Shown in pieces: positions 52,486 through 64,000 of a DNA stretch of 64,000 nt (positions are counted from its first letter, which is position 1; each line of letters opens with the position of its first letter). The notes beneath the pieces are model-generated. The model made no database searches. It had not been told where the DNA came from and saw only the letters and a list, made by a program, of their open reading frames with translations. The translations under genes were made by a program, and so were the position numbers. The stretch is from positions 79,114,001 through 79,178,000 of the forward strand of contig NC_045696.1 in assembly GCF_009834535.1 (NCBI RefSeq), read 5' to 3'. The DNA comes from Camelus ferus. Lineage: Eukaryota.

Positions 52486-52635
52486 ACCCAATATAAAAAC
52501 CCAACAAAAGCTTTTCCTGCTATATTCTCTTTGATATATACTTATAAAAAATATGAACAACATTAAACTTGAATATTTCCCTTAATATGCCCTTTATGGT
52601 CCTGAGGGGATAAACAGCTTTTCCTTTAAATTCAC

Positions 52636-53128
52636 TGTGGTAGATAAAATCATTACTTCCCAAAGATATCCATGAGAGGGGTCCAAGAATCCCCAGAATC
52701 TTGAATATAAAACTGTACATAACACAGGAGATCCTTCAGATATGATTAAATTAAGAATCCTGAAATGAGGAGATTATTCTGAATTATTAGGGTGGATTCA
52801 GCAATGTCACAGGAGTCATTGCAGGGGAAAGGAGGCAGGAGATTTAGAATTAGAGAAGATGTGATGAAAAGGAAATCTGAAGATGCTGGGCTGCTGGTTT
52901 TGAAGATGGAAGAAGGGCTACAAGCCAAGAAACACAGGCAACCCCAGAAGATGGAAAAGGCAAGGACATATATTCTTCACCAGAGCCTCCAATAGAAATG
53001 CAATCCTGCCAACACTGTGGGTTTTTGTGACTTCTGATTTCTAGAACTGTAAGATAATAAAATCACATGGCTTTAAAAGCTTCTAAATTTGTGGTAATTT
53101 GTTACAGCACGAATAGGAAACTTACACA
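52636..53128 (+). mobile_element. MLT1D-like MaLR solo LTR
   Basis: tgtggtag start; gattaaattaagaatcctgaaatgaggagattattctg; gctggttttgaagatggaagaaggg; tttgtggtaatttgttacagcacgaataggaaacttacaca end. Confidence 0.9.
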
Positions 53129-56100
53129 ATTAGTAAAGATAATAAATGAACGTTTTAACATTCTGGTATCTAAGAGCCTTCGGAGATGTGCAGCAGACTG
53201 CAGAGAACTGTGATGACACTTAGTGACTAGGTCATTTCATGTTGTTACAAATCATGAAACATTAAGTAAGTACACTTAAGATCCCACAGAAACTATATTA
53301 AAAAGGTTACAAATACCACACTTTAAATATATTAGTAAGTAATAGTTGATGCATTATTTATATTAACAAATAATAAGAAAAATTACTACACTTGACTATT
53401 TACTATGACTCAATGGGATAAGCACTCTACAAACATTATCTCATTTAATTCTGGAAGAAGCCTTAGAGATAGGTGTTCATACTTCAGTGTTATAGATGAG
53501 AAACTAAATCTATGTTTAACTTGCAAAAGGACAAACAAAAATAAAGTAAAAGGATGTGAATCACAGACTGCTGCTTTAAAATTTCATGTCATTCACCAAA
53601 AATAAATTGAGGTAAGAAAGAATAAGAGGTTGCTCTGTGAGAAAAATTTAAGTGCCTCCTTCCTGTCTTCAGATGACAGTATTTCAACTTGTTATAGATA
53701 TGAGTCTTCTCTAACAAGGTGGCTGCCATCAGGCATCCCAGGATTTCTGCCTTACTTTTAGTCTGAACATCTTCCTTAATTGGGAGTAATTGCTCTAACC
53801 ATCACTAGAGAACTCAGGACTGGCCATTTTAGGTTTACATCAACAATCTTTTTTGTTTCACATAAAAGCTGCTTTTGTCTTCAACTATGTTCTAATTCTT
53901 GCCATTTTTTTTAAAAGGTGAAGCACCAGTATCAATATAAGAAATTGAAGCAAAATTAAACTAATGTTTAATGAATATTGATTTTGTACCTGGTCTTATG
54001 CCAGTCATCATAACACAGTATATTTTATACATATTAGTGTTCCCATTTCTACAAAAGAAGTGTCTAAGCCTCACAAAATTTGTCTAAAATTACATAATTT
54101 AATTCCAGGTGTGACTGACTCTAACAGTCATGATAAAGTATCAATCCAGAGAAATATAAAATAATCCAAGAGATTGTTATCTCCTTTAATCTTCCTTTGT
54201 GATAAGATCCAAGACCTTCCTCCTTATACTGTGAAGCAATATCAGATTCTGCAAATCAGATCTTTCATCTCTAAATTTAGCCCTAGTTTCTGATACGTAA
54301 ATTCCCAAATTCCCTTTGGAGTGCACTTACTCAGATTTTCTCGCTAGAACTAGTTTTTACGCGGTGTGTACCTCCTTCCCTTTCTAAGTCATTCTCACTC
54401 AATTAGCTGGTATGCTGGAAGTCAGCTTATTCTGCAACTGTAGTCTGAAGTTGGGAGAAAAAAAAAGAACACCCAAACTGATACAAAGCAAGGTCTGCTT
54501 TCTTGCTCTTGGCTTCCTTTGACAGTTTGATCCAATCACCAGAAACCACTCAGAACATTTCATTTGCTCTTATCCTCAAACATTATTAGAATTAAAGCAT
54601 TTAGATTTGTTCTCAGTATTTTCCAGGAGGCAGTGAACTCTCAGCCTCACAATACTAGGATATCCTTGATGGATAAACTAGAAGATTCATTCTCTATCCC
54701 AGTCTGGTCAAATTCAAGCACTTTTATGAAAAAGTAGCCTCGTCTCTGTCTCCCATACATTTTGTGTAATCTTCACTAAAATATGTATCTCTTTAGGCTT
54801 TACAATAATTAAAAATTGCATCAAAGGAGCCATTCCACTTAATTGCAATCTTGAAGGTCATTGGTGATTAACTGGTCACCATACCTAATGGTTTTTATGC
54901 AATCCCTTATTGTCATTGTTATGATAACATTTACAAAGCACTTATACATGTATCCAATTATTTGGTACTAATTATTTGGCATTATAATTGGATGGTATTG
55001 TAATTATGTCATCCCTTATACATTTCCTTAAGCTGGAGTTTATTATTTCCTTGTTCCCAACTATGGTGATCAATACATGAATGAGTCGTTGAATGAACAA
55101 AATATTTTCAGCATGCCACAGGTGTGTCTGACCAATTGTGTTTGGAGTTCCATTATATAACTGATATAACATCTTCAATACAATATTAGTATCTCCCAAA
55201 GTATTGGATTTGTAACCTTTTAAATACATTTTATATAGGATCTTAACTGCAGTTACTGTTTCGTGATGTGCTGCAACATGAATGGATCTGGTTAGCAGAT
55301 CTCTTCACAGTTCTCTCTAGCTTGCTCATTAATCTTAGCCATAGTGAGGTAGCTAAAAGGCAACTGGACTCAGATCCCTCAGTGTCTGATGATCATAAAA
55401 AGTAATCATCATCACACTAAGTTTTCCTATGTGCTATGCATACGTCTGAGTGTCTGAGTCTGGGTTTTCTGTGCTAGTTTAAATAGTGTCCTTATCTGAT
55501 CTCATTCTTCCAAGAAGCCTAAGACAGAGTGAATTGTTACCTAAATTTTACAGATTTGAAAACAGGTTCAGAGAAGTTAAAATCATGCTCATGATGTCCA
55601 TTTTCTAAACTTGGTTGCCTTTCTCACACAATCTTGATTCAGCCTAAAATGATAAATGAATCCAAAAAAAGAAAAAAGAAATGAGAAAAGAGTAAGAAAG
55701 ATTAGGATACTGCTTCAAATGTGGGCATTAATGGGGAAAAAAGCTGTACAGACATTGGAAATAAAAGACAAACACACAAGCATTATGGTTCTTGAAAAAA
55801 AATTAAATGGCTAGTCAAGTCCTGAATAGGGGAGCAGCAGATGACAAGTTACATGACTGGAGCTTATAAAACCACAGTTCGCCATCACTATTTCTGACAC
55901 ATTTACTAAGGTAGCTGCATGGCTTAACAAATGAAATGGGTCTTCCTTACTTCATTAATTTAAATAGATTGCATTACCAATGGTGAAAATAATTCTAGAA
56001 GTTACCTCATTCTTTGTAAGAGAATCATTAGCAGGAGAGTATGTACATATATTTTCCTTTTTGAATGCTCTTGGAAAATGTCGAAAAGCTTAATTGAATA

Positions 56101-57174
56101 TTATTCAAGAGCAATGAATTTCCTGCCTGCAGATAGAGACTTCAGGCTCCTGATTTGTCAAGGGTAAGCACTGTTTTTAATGTAAATTTGTTTTATGTTG
56201 GCATCCATGTAGACAGCTATGCTTGAAAAGAAATGAATTAATTATGTCTTCCATATGCAAAGATGCTGGTTATTTATACGATGTAGGTCATAAAATTTGA
56301 GTTTTTTCCAATAGCAAATTGATTTCCATTGATTTGTTCACATGCTTTTACAAAACACCCCTTGAGACCAGAAGAATGCATTGAAAACTGGCAGGTTGGG
56401 GTTAGAAACCCAATCCATAATCATGGAATGAAGTCAGGTTAGCCAAGTCCCAAGAAATTCATGCCTGTGACCTCAGCCCTGCTAATACGCTGTCCAAACA
56501 AGCTAACCTAAAGGGCCAAAGGCAAACCTAAGGTGTAAACGATTTTTTAAAAAGTCGCAAAGACTGCTGTTAATAATTTTTTGATTATTTCAAAACTCAT
56601 AATCAAAGATTATATGTCACTCAAAGTAAATTCTCATGACACATTTAAATACAGGCACATCACCTAATGAACATCACCACACACAAGGTATGGCACTCTT
56701 TTAATTTAAACAAAGTCAAAACAAATAAACTTGAAACAGTTATTGATCTACGAATCAGTGATCTCTGGAGATGACCTAGCATTAGCGTGAAGGGCCTCTA
56801 TCAGGGAACTCAAATCATTACTCCACTCAACCTGGTGATCTTGGCTTTATTGATTCCTGTTTGCTTTAGTCTTTCCCTGTCTCAGTGTCTCTACACCTCT
56901 GTGCTTTCACTGTCACACAGCAACAAACACCACACACACACCCCTCCCCCAAACATACACACACATAACTTCATTGTGTGCCTTGTCCCGGACTGAGAAG
57001 GTATGCATCCTAACGAAGAGTATTTTTCCCCCCGTCTCTGTATTTTCTCCTTTACCTTTTTTCCCTATTCAAGTAGCCTCTCCACTTCATTGCCTCTGGG
57101 AATGTATAAGGCTGGCCACAAATCAGGCAGAACCTATACATTTTGCAGTCTTCTGTTTTACAAAAGCCTAAATC

Positions 57175-57774
57175 TTTTTTTTTTTTAATTGAAGTATAGA
57201 TATGTCAATTTCTGGTGCACAGTATAATGTTTCAGTCATACATATACATATATATATAATATCATTTCATATTATTTTTCATTATTGGCTATTATAAGAT
57301 ATTGAATGTAGTTCCCTGTGCTATAGAGAAGAAATTTGGTTTTTATCTATTTTATGTCTAGTAGTTAATATTTACAAATCATGAACCCCCAATCTATCCC
57401 CTCCTACTTCCTTTCCCCCCGGGTAACCGTAAGTTTGTTTGAAGTTCATTGGTGTCTTTTCTCCTTTTCTTTTAGATTCCACATGAGTGATATCATATGG
57501 TATTTTTCTTTCTCTTTCTGGCTTACTTCACTTAGAATGATGACCTCCAGATCCATCCATGTTGCTGCAAGTGGCATTATTTTAATCTTTTTGTGGCTGA
57601 ATAGTATTCCATTGTATAAATATACCTCAGCTTCTTTATCCAGTCCTCTGTTGATGGACATTTAGATTGTTTCCATGTGTTGGCTATTGTAAATAGTGCT
57701 GCTATAAACACTAGGGTAAACGTTCTTTTGAATTAGAGTTCCCTCCAGATCTATGCCCCCAGGAGTAGGATTGC
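57175..57774 (-). mobile_element. 5'-truncated L1 with ORF2 C-terminus and 3'UTR
   Basis: Poly-T head then aattgaagtatag. ORF 57446-57661(-) contains IMPLAATWMDLEVIILSEVSQKEKEKYHMISL, the conserved end of L1 ORF2p. Confidence 0.95.
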
Positions 57775-58462
57775 TTTTGAAGAAGAGGCAAAGGGAATGG
57801 GACAGGCTGAAGTGGAGCAGAGGTTTCCTCTGATTCAGAAGTGATTTGCCCAGGGATTTGGGTGACAGGAGAAGTCTATGGTTAACAGAGCAATGGGAAC
57901 TTAGCCACATTCAAGAGACAGATGAGATCTCAAAGAGAGATGGATGAATGAGGGAGACATGGGTGAACTACGGAGGCAGAACCACAGTCCAAAACTGTGA
58001 TCTATGCATCATAAGGGAGCACAGGGCCACAACATTTCAAGAGACCACTTAGGCTTGTCAGTGAGGATGCCAATGACACAACACTTGATTCAAGTTTAAT
58101 TTCCTTGTTTTGAGTGTATCATCTATGTCCACTGGAGTGTGGTGTGATTCTCATCTACAAAGGGGACCCTAACAATGAATGAGATGGGATTTTCACTAAG
58201 ACCAGCAGGATAGAGTTTCAGTCTATCTTTTAAATATTTTTCAATATATAATCTTCTGTTTTAAAACAGCAACAACAAAATTTAACAGAGACTCTTCAGG
58301 TAATTAAGAATCACCTTGTTGTCAGAAGCAGAGCAGTCTTGATAAGAATACTGTAAAAAGGCATCAAGCACTTTTCTCAGGTTATTACTGAGTTCTTCTG
58401 CTTGACATACTTTTAGCATGAAGTGAAACGTGGCCAGTGCTTGCCAGAGTAGATAACAGTAC

Positions 58463-58480
58463 CTGGACACTCGCCAGTTG
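58463..58480 (-). other. Candidate 18-nt microexon (CAACTGGCGAGTGTCCAG)
   Basis: Minus strand atgCTGACatgctctcctctctcAG|18 nt|GTACTG: branch consensus, UGC motifs, polypyrimidine tract and a frame-preserving length. Confidence 0.35.
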
Positions 58481-58521
58481 CTGAGAGAGGAGAGCATGTC
58501 AGCATTCACTGTGAGACTTAC

Positions 58522-58614
58522 CCAGCTGCCTCTGTCAATGACTTCTTATCTGTCTTCCTCACTCCTTCCTGGACTGTCGGCACTGAACCTGGCACTCAAT
58601 GAACCGCTTGACTG
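58522..58614 (-). other. Candidate 93/90-nt cassette exon with a stop in every frame
   Basis: Acceptor ttttttttacgTAGCAG (NAGNAG) and strong donor TGG|GTAAGT at 58521. Confidence 0.4.
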
Positions 58615-59089
58615 CTACGTAAAAAAAACTCTGCTAGAAAAATCACGTCTCTTAGTCCCCGTGATCATTAGTTTGAGGTTATAATGAACTTTTATTCCTA
58701 TGAAAAACATCAGAACATGGATTTACAGCTGTTCCTCCCATATGCCAGGGTATCTAAGGTCTAAATCCGAAATTTGAAAGAAAATACATTCCAAATGCAA
58801 ACCACACCTTTTAATCAACCTTGCAAACTGCTTTCACTTCCACTCACTCCATCTCCCTGGTGCAAAAACTGCAATTCTTTCACACATGGATTTTTGTAAA
58901 TTCTTTTCTATTTCTCACTTGAAGCAGCACTGCTCTTGGGACATAGAGGAAATGTTCAAAAGTGTTAGCAGAACCAGTTTAATGCCTGGCATGGAGTTTG
59001 GGTGAATGGGTGCTATTAAGTGAAACCCAGCTGCAGGCTACTGAGGGTGTTCACCTCACCACTCTAACCTCTACATTTTTTCCTTTCAT

Positions 59090-59900
59090 TATGTATTTTT
59101 AATTGAAAAGATAGTAAAGTGCCTTAAAGGAGGTGTTCTATATTAATTAATGAAGTAATCACTTACAAACATACTATCTAAACTATTTTCATTTGGAAAA
59201 CTACCTTCTTTGTAAATGTGTATTTTATATACAATGTATTATAAAGCCCATAATTCTACTTCTTCTATTTGTAATACTGTGGTTTTTGTACTAAGTCGTA
59301 AATTCCTCCATAAGTCTTATTTTTTAATTAAAATGTTAAATAATGACATCATATCTAATTCTGTGGATATAGCTAATTTACTAATATAGAATTTACTAAC
59401 TCATATTTCTAACTCTGGGCATGTGGATTGCTTCCAAGTTTTTGCTTTACAGATGATGCTGCACTGAGAAGGACAGCATCCAGAGAGCTCTGACAGATGC
59501 ACAAGGCACAGACCAGACACTTAACACATGTGATTTATAAGGCTCCCAACCACTGTTCAGGATGGATACTCTTCAGTCTGTTTTACAAATGAGGAAACTT
59601 GAGGCTCACAGAAGTAAAATGCTTCCCCAAGGGCACTCAGTGAGCAAGCAGCAGAACCATGATTTAAAATTCATATCTATCTGACTCCAAATCTCATTCT
59701 CTCTCCCCTATGTCAGAGAACTCTTTCATTAGTGGAATTTCCTCAAGATAAAATCCCAAGAGTGGAATTGTGGAATCAGAGTGTGACTGTCTCTGTGGTC
59801 CTTGTTACTTACACATCGATGAAAATTCACAGTGAAAAGGAGACAAGAAAAATTATGTGCAAACCTATTGTCGACCTTCCCTAAAGATCCCATGTTTTTT
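59090..59900 (-). mobile_element. Old L1 (L1ME-like) fragment with an embedded MIR (about 59500-59715)
   Basis: gggcatgtggattgcttccaagtttttgct ... ttcctcaagataaaatcccaagagtggaattgtggaatcagag; MIR core ttttacaaatgaggaaacttgaggctcacagaag. Confidence 0.7.
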
Positions 59901-61737
59901 CAGATAAGAGGGGAGCACTGTCAGGCTCCATTTTTTATATTTGAGAAAACTATATGTAGGGAAATTTACTTATTAGCTCATATTTCATGCAACCAGATTT
60001 CTTGTGATCCTATGAAAAATATTAAAAAATGCTGTTCGAAATTTAGCACCTTGTAAGTAAAACAGTATTATTATCATAACAGATTTAAATCCTTGTTGTT
60101 TGCAACTCTACTGGCATAGATGGAATTCTTAGTAAACAGGGAAACACATATTTAATCTGTGAATATATAAGGGGCCTTTGTGTAACAAAAATCAGAGAGG
60201 TCCCTTTGGCCAGAATAAAAATAAACGTCAAGGAGACAAAGGGAGGCTTTCAGGGTTTGAGATACACTATTATTATTATGCCTTTTCAACAAGTATCAAT
60301 GCTCTCTCTTCCCTTTCACTGGGAACAGTGGAACCTTTGCTGAACTGACAGTCAATTAGAGCCAGTCAACAGAAACTGCTTTGGGTCACGTGTCACCAAG
60401 AACTGTTGTTGCCATCGCAACTGCACTATGATAAATTAGCCTGTCTCCACTAAGTATTTGGTTTGCCTACATGCCCTAGAAGGCCGTTTTGATATTCTCC
60501 TTGACAGTTTTGAGCTAATCTCTGACTCAACCTTTTCAGCAGGCTTGCTAACATTTACATATAGTGAGGGAGAGTATGTGGAAATTAATATTTTTGACTC
60601 ATCAGATACCTATGTCAGTGTTTCTGAATGACTGTCACACTTAAGGAGTATTTTTGCATTCTCATGAAGTTTGATTATTGTTTTAGAAGCCATTCCACGC
60701 AAGGTTAATATGAATTTATTTCACCTCTTGGATACTTACATATTAGTGTCACTTAGTCACTGAGATAAACTACTAGATTCAGCAAAGCTAGAAGAAAAAA
60801 TGTTAGCTATAAAAGCACTGGCACTTGCAATGGCTTAAATAATTATTTCTCAAGAATTACCACATTTTTATTGTTTAGAGGATTACTTCCTTAATAAATT
60901 CTGTGTGGACACTGTAACTGTTTCTTTCTAGGGGTATGGTGAGTTTAAGGAGTTTTTTTTTATTAATTTTCTCTTTCTCTTATACAATTTTGAGATTCAT
61001 TGATATTGGCATGTGCAATGCAATAAAACATATTGTAATTTCAGACAAGGTATATGAAAACGATGAATAATCAATATTTAGTAACTATGTAAAATGCTTT
61101 CAGTTTGCAAAGTGTTTCACATAAATTTTCTCTTGTAATCTTCAACACTCCCCGACAATGTTATCCTACTCATTTTTTGATAATAAAGAACAATTTAAGA
61201 TAAGAAGAAAATCATCAGTTACAATGAAATTAAAACAGCCCAAACTTAAAATCAAGTATTTGACTCCAAACACAAATTCTTTATGTTGTGTCACTACCAA
61301 AACAATTGTTTCTCTTTTCCCCAAACAAGCACATAAGTATTTACATAGTACACAATTAGCTGAGAGCTTTATGTATTATTTATAAAAATTTAGTAATTTT
61401 AAAATGTCAAATCCAGTTGAATATGTAGGCTGAAGTTGCACGTAAATCTGTATACCTATCTAGAATTTAAATAAAAGAATACCAAAGAAATATGGGCTGT
61501 ATTAAGGAATTATCTCCATTATTTTTCCAATTTTTTTATGTGTGGGGTAAAAAAAGAAGAAAGGGGAAAAAAAAGAATCACTATAAAGCAGAATAAAATA
61601 CAGCAAGTTTCAAAGTTTAGATTTAGAATGATCACATAAATTACTGGAGGGGAGAATGAAGGCTGATATTCAGTTTGTTATAGGAAAAATTGCATTTTCT
61701 CCTACTCTGTCTTTCTTGGTTTATTTCATTCCCAAGC

Positions 61738-61904
61738 CCATGCCTCTCAAAGTGTGGTCCATGGACAAGCAACACAACTTGCATCACCTGAGGGCTTCGG
61801 AACTGCAAACTCTGAGGTACCACCCCAGCTCCAATGAACCAGAATCTGCATTTTAGCCAAGTCCCAGGTGATCCATATGGATTTTAACATTTAAAGTAGC
61901 ACTG
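61738..61904. mobile_element. MER5A-like hAT MITE
   Basis: ctctcaaagtgtggtccatggac...gcatcacctgagg...gaaccagaatctgcattttagccaagtcccaggtgatcc...agcactg. Confidence 0.85.
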
Positions 61905-62199
61905 TGTCTACTGGAACTTCTACCAACAATCAGGAAAAAGAGGAAAGAAACTGAACATCAATCCCAATGGTTTAAAGTACCTGGATTAAGACTGCAATGA
62001 CTTTAGGGTTTAAAACTAGGAGGCCTCTAGGTTAATAAATTTCTCACCCATTGAGACCTGGAAGATGAGACAACAATATAATCCACCAACAATAATTAGC
62101 ATTGTCAGGTGAATTCACTGCCCAATGTTGCAGACTGACTAAGTGAGTCTTAAAAGAGATTGTAAGGTCTAGGATGCCAGGGACTACACCTAGCATAGA

Positions 62200-62252
<53 letters not shown>
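62200..62252. repeat. (CA)n microsatellite, about 26 units with one interruption
   Basis: Read directly from the sequence. Confidence 0.97.
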
Positions 62253-62255
<3 letters not shown>

Positions 62256-64000
62256 TCTTTTGAAGTAAACTTTGTTGAGGGAAAGGCCCAGGGCATAAGC
62301 ATGCAATGGTTTTGTCTGGGAAAGTCCTATGATCCACAACATAGGCCCCTGGGAACCATTTATCAACAGAAGTACCCAGAAGGGAAAGCAAGACCAACAG
62401 CTTGCTACCCTTGATAATGAGTCAAGCCCAGGGTTAAAATCAAGCTCACATTGCTTTTCTTTTCCAGGCGCCAAATGCCAGTGTCTGGCCTTTTTCTATA
62501 TCTTAACGAGCCTCCTCCACTCCCCTCAATCAAACTTTTCTTGCCTTGAATCATTCCATAAGGACTTCCTGACTTAGTGACTCGCTAATGTAATAAAATG
62601 CATATGCTAGTCATTTCTTGAAAATGAAGAACATTAATTTTGAGGGACGATGTCCTAATCTGAATGTGTGCCAGTAATGGAAGAATGACCCACTTCCCTG
62701 TCCCCCTGATAGGAAGAGATACTTGGTGATAGTTGAGACAAATGGTGACTCTTAAGGCACTGGGTTTAAACTACTTGAGTCTGGCCAGATGATGTTACTA
62801 CATTTTAACCTTCAGATACATTAATAAAGCTAAAAATATCTTTAGCCTGCCAATAGTTCCCATTAAAAATGTTTGTACAGGCATTAAAATTCTGTTAACA
62901 GAATTCAAAATGAAAGAAAAATAATTATCATACAGTTCCATTCTTTCAACAAGCCAAAATGTTTTCATTTTTTCCCTGGTTCCTTCTGGTCGTTTACAAA
63001 CAGCATCTTTTTATTGCTTTGTTTTAAATATAATTTCAGTAATGACATCAGTCCTAGTTGTCCCTGGCTTTGCCAGCCCCACCAGAGTCACAGATATCTG
63101 CTACCAGGAGGCTGCATTCCTGCCTGGTTCCAGAGCCCACTCTGCCCTAGACAGGCTTCAGTCTCAACACAGGCAGGTGGCGTTATATTGGTGGGTGTAG
63201 AGTGATGGGGACAGAAATTATTCTTGTCCATTAAATATTTAAGCTATTTAAATTTTTATGTATAATAAATAACTCTGAATTCTTCTTAAGGAGCTCTTCC
63301 TTCATTTTGAATAATTCCTTTAGGATAATTTACCACAAGTGAGACTATGATTTTGTTGCTCTTCAAATATTATGAAAATTGCTTTCAAAAAGCATTTTTT
63401 GCTCCATCCCTAAGGGTCTGGGGAGGGGATGGAGGGCTGGCTTTGGAAACTGCAAAACTTCCCCGGGGTGTTATAATGCGCAGCCCTCGAAACGACCAGG
63501 TGATGAGGGTGGTGCTTTCACTGCAATCGAACTAGTCTTGGTATTAACATTTAAGTACTTAAAAAAAAAAAAAAAAAAACTTGGTAGCTACAAATAGTCC
63601 CTCAATCCCTTATTTTCATAGCTTTAACTGACATATAGTTATCAGTATTTCTACAGAATGTGCTGTTTTCTCCTTTTAGCTCTAGAGTGTGTTGAAAGGT
63701 GAAAGATAATTGAACCACTGTGAGTTACGTCTTCCCTAGGATACTCTGCTCTTCCAGTCACTCTCAACTCTTCACACAGGATAAGAAGAGAGAAAATGAT
63801 TCAGCTTGAGGGCAGAAATACAGGCACATGGAGAAGGAGAGTGTTTGCCCTTGACTCCAAAGAAATCCTCTGTGGAATCCTGGACTCTGGAAATACCATG
63901 AATGCACTGATTCCCTACCAACTGAAAGGGGCGATACATATTTTAAATTGTGCCTCAAAGTCAGAGGGTATCACCTGACATAACATTTCAATCTGAATAA

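Noticed and set aside
62044..62474. ORFs with CVCVCV runs
   Set aside because: Caused by the (CA)n repeat.
1..64000. Prokaryotic systems (CRISPR array, operons), rRNA/tRNA genes, CpG-island promoter
   Set aside because: Mammalian repeat-rich non-coding DNA with no regularly spaced repeat-spacer array, no recognisable structural RNA gene and no CpG island.

Overview
AT-rich, CpG-poor placental-mammal genomic DNA, not prokaryotic. The young L1 3' ends and ERV1 LTRs resemble cetartiodactyl, probably camelid, families, and I saw no Alu, Bov-tA, PRE-1 or Can-SINE; the lineage call is an inference. No long ORF exists, and almost all of the ORF track is noise or repeat-derived. The best reading is the 3' end of a large minus-strand gene that I cannot name. 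It has a terminal exon starting at 9927 with a repeat-free 3'UTR of about 3.7 kb, tandem poly(A) signals and a miRNA-site cluster that includes an unusually long miR-29b match. About 50 kb of intron follows, holding candidate alternative exons at about 29.0, 41.4 and 58.5 kb. The rest is interspersed repeats: L1, L2, MIR, MER2/MER58/MER5, MLT1, a hAT transposase fossil, microsatellites and four ERV1-type solo LTRs, one of them nested LTR-in-LTR-in-MIR. Repeat family names come from memory of consensus sequences. Boundaries are approximate unless TSDs or TIRs are quoted. I cannot claim a new biological system; the strongest leads are the miR-29 site and a possible alternative C-terminus switch.
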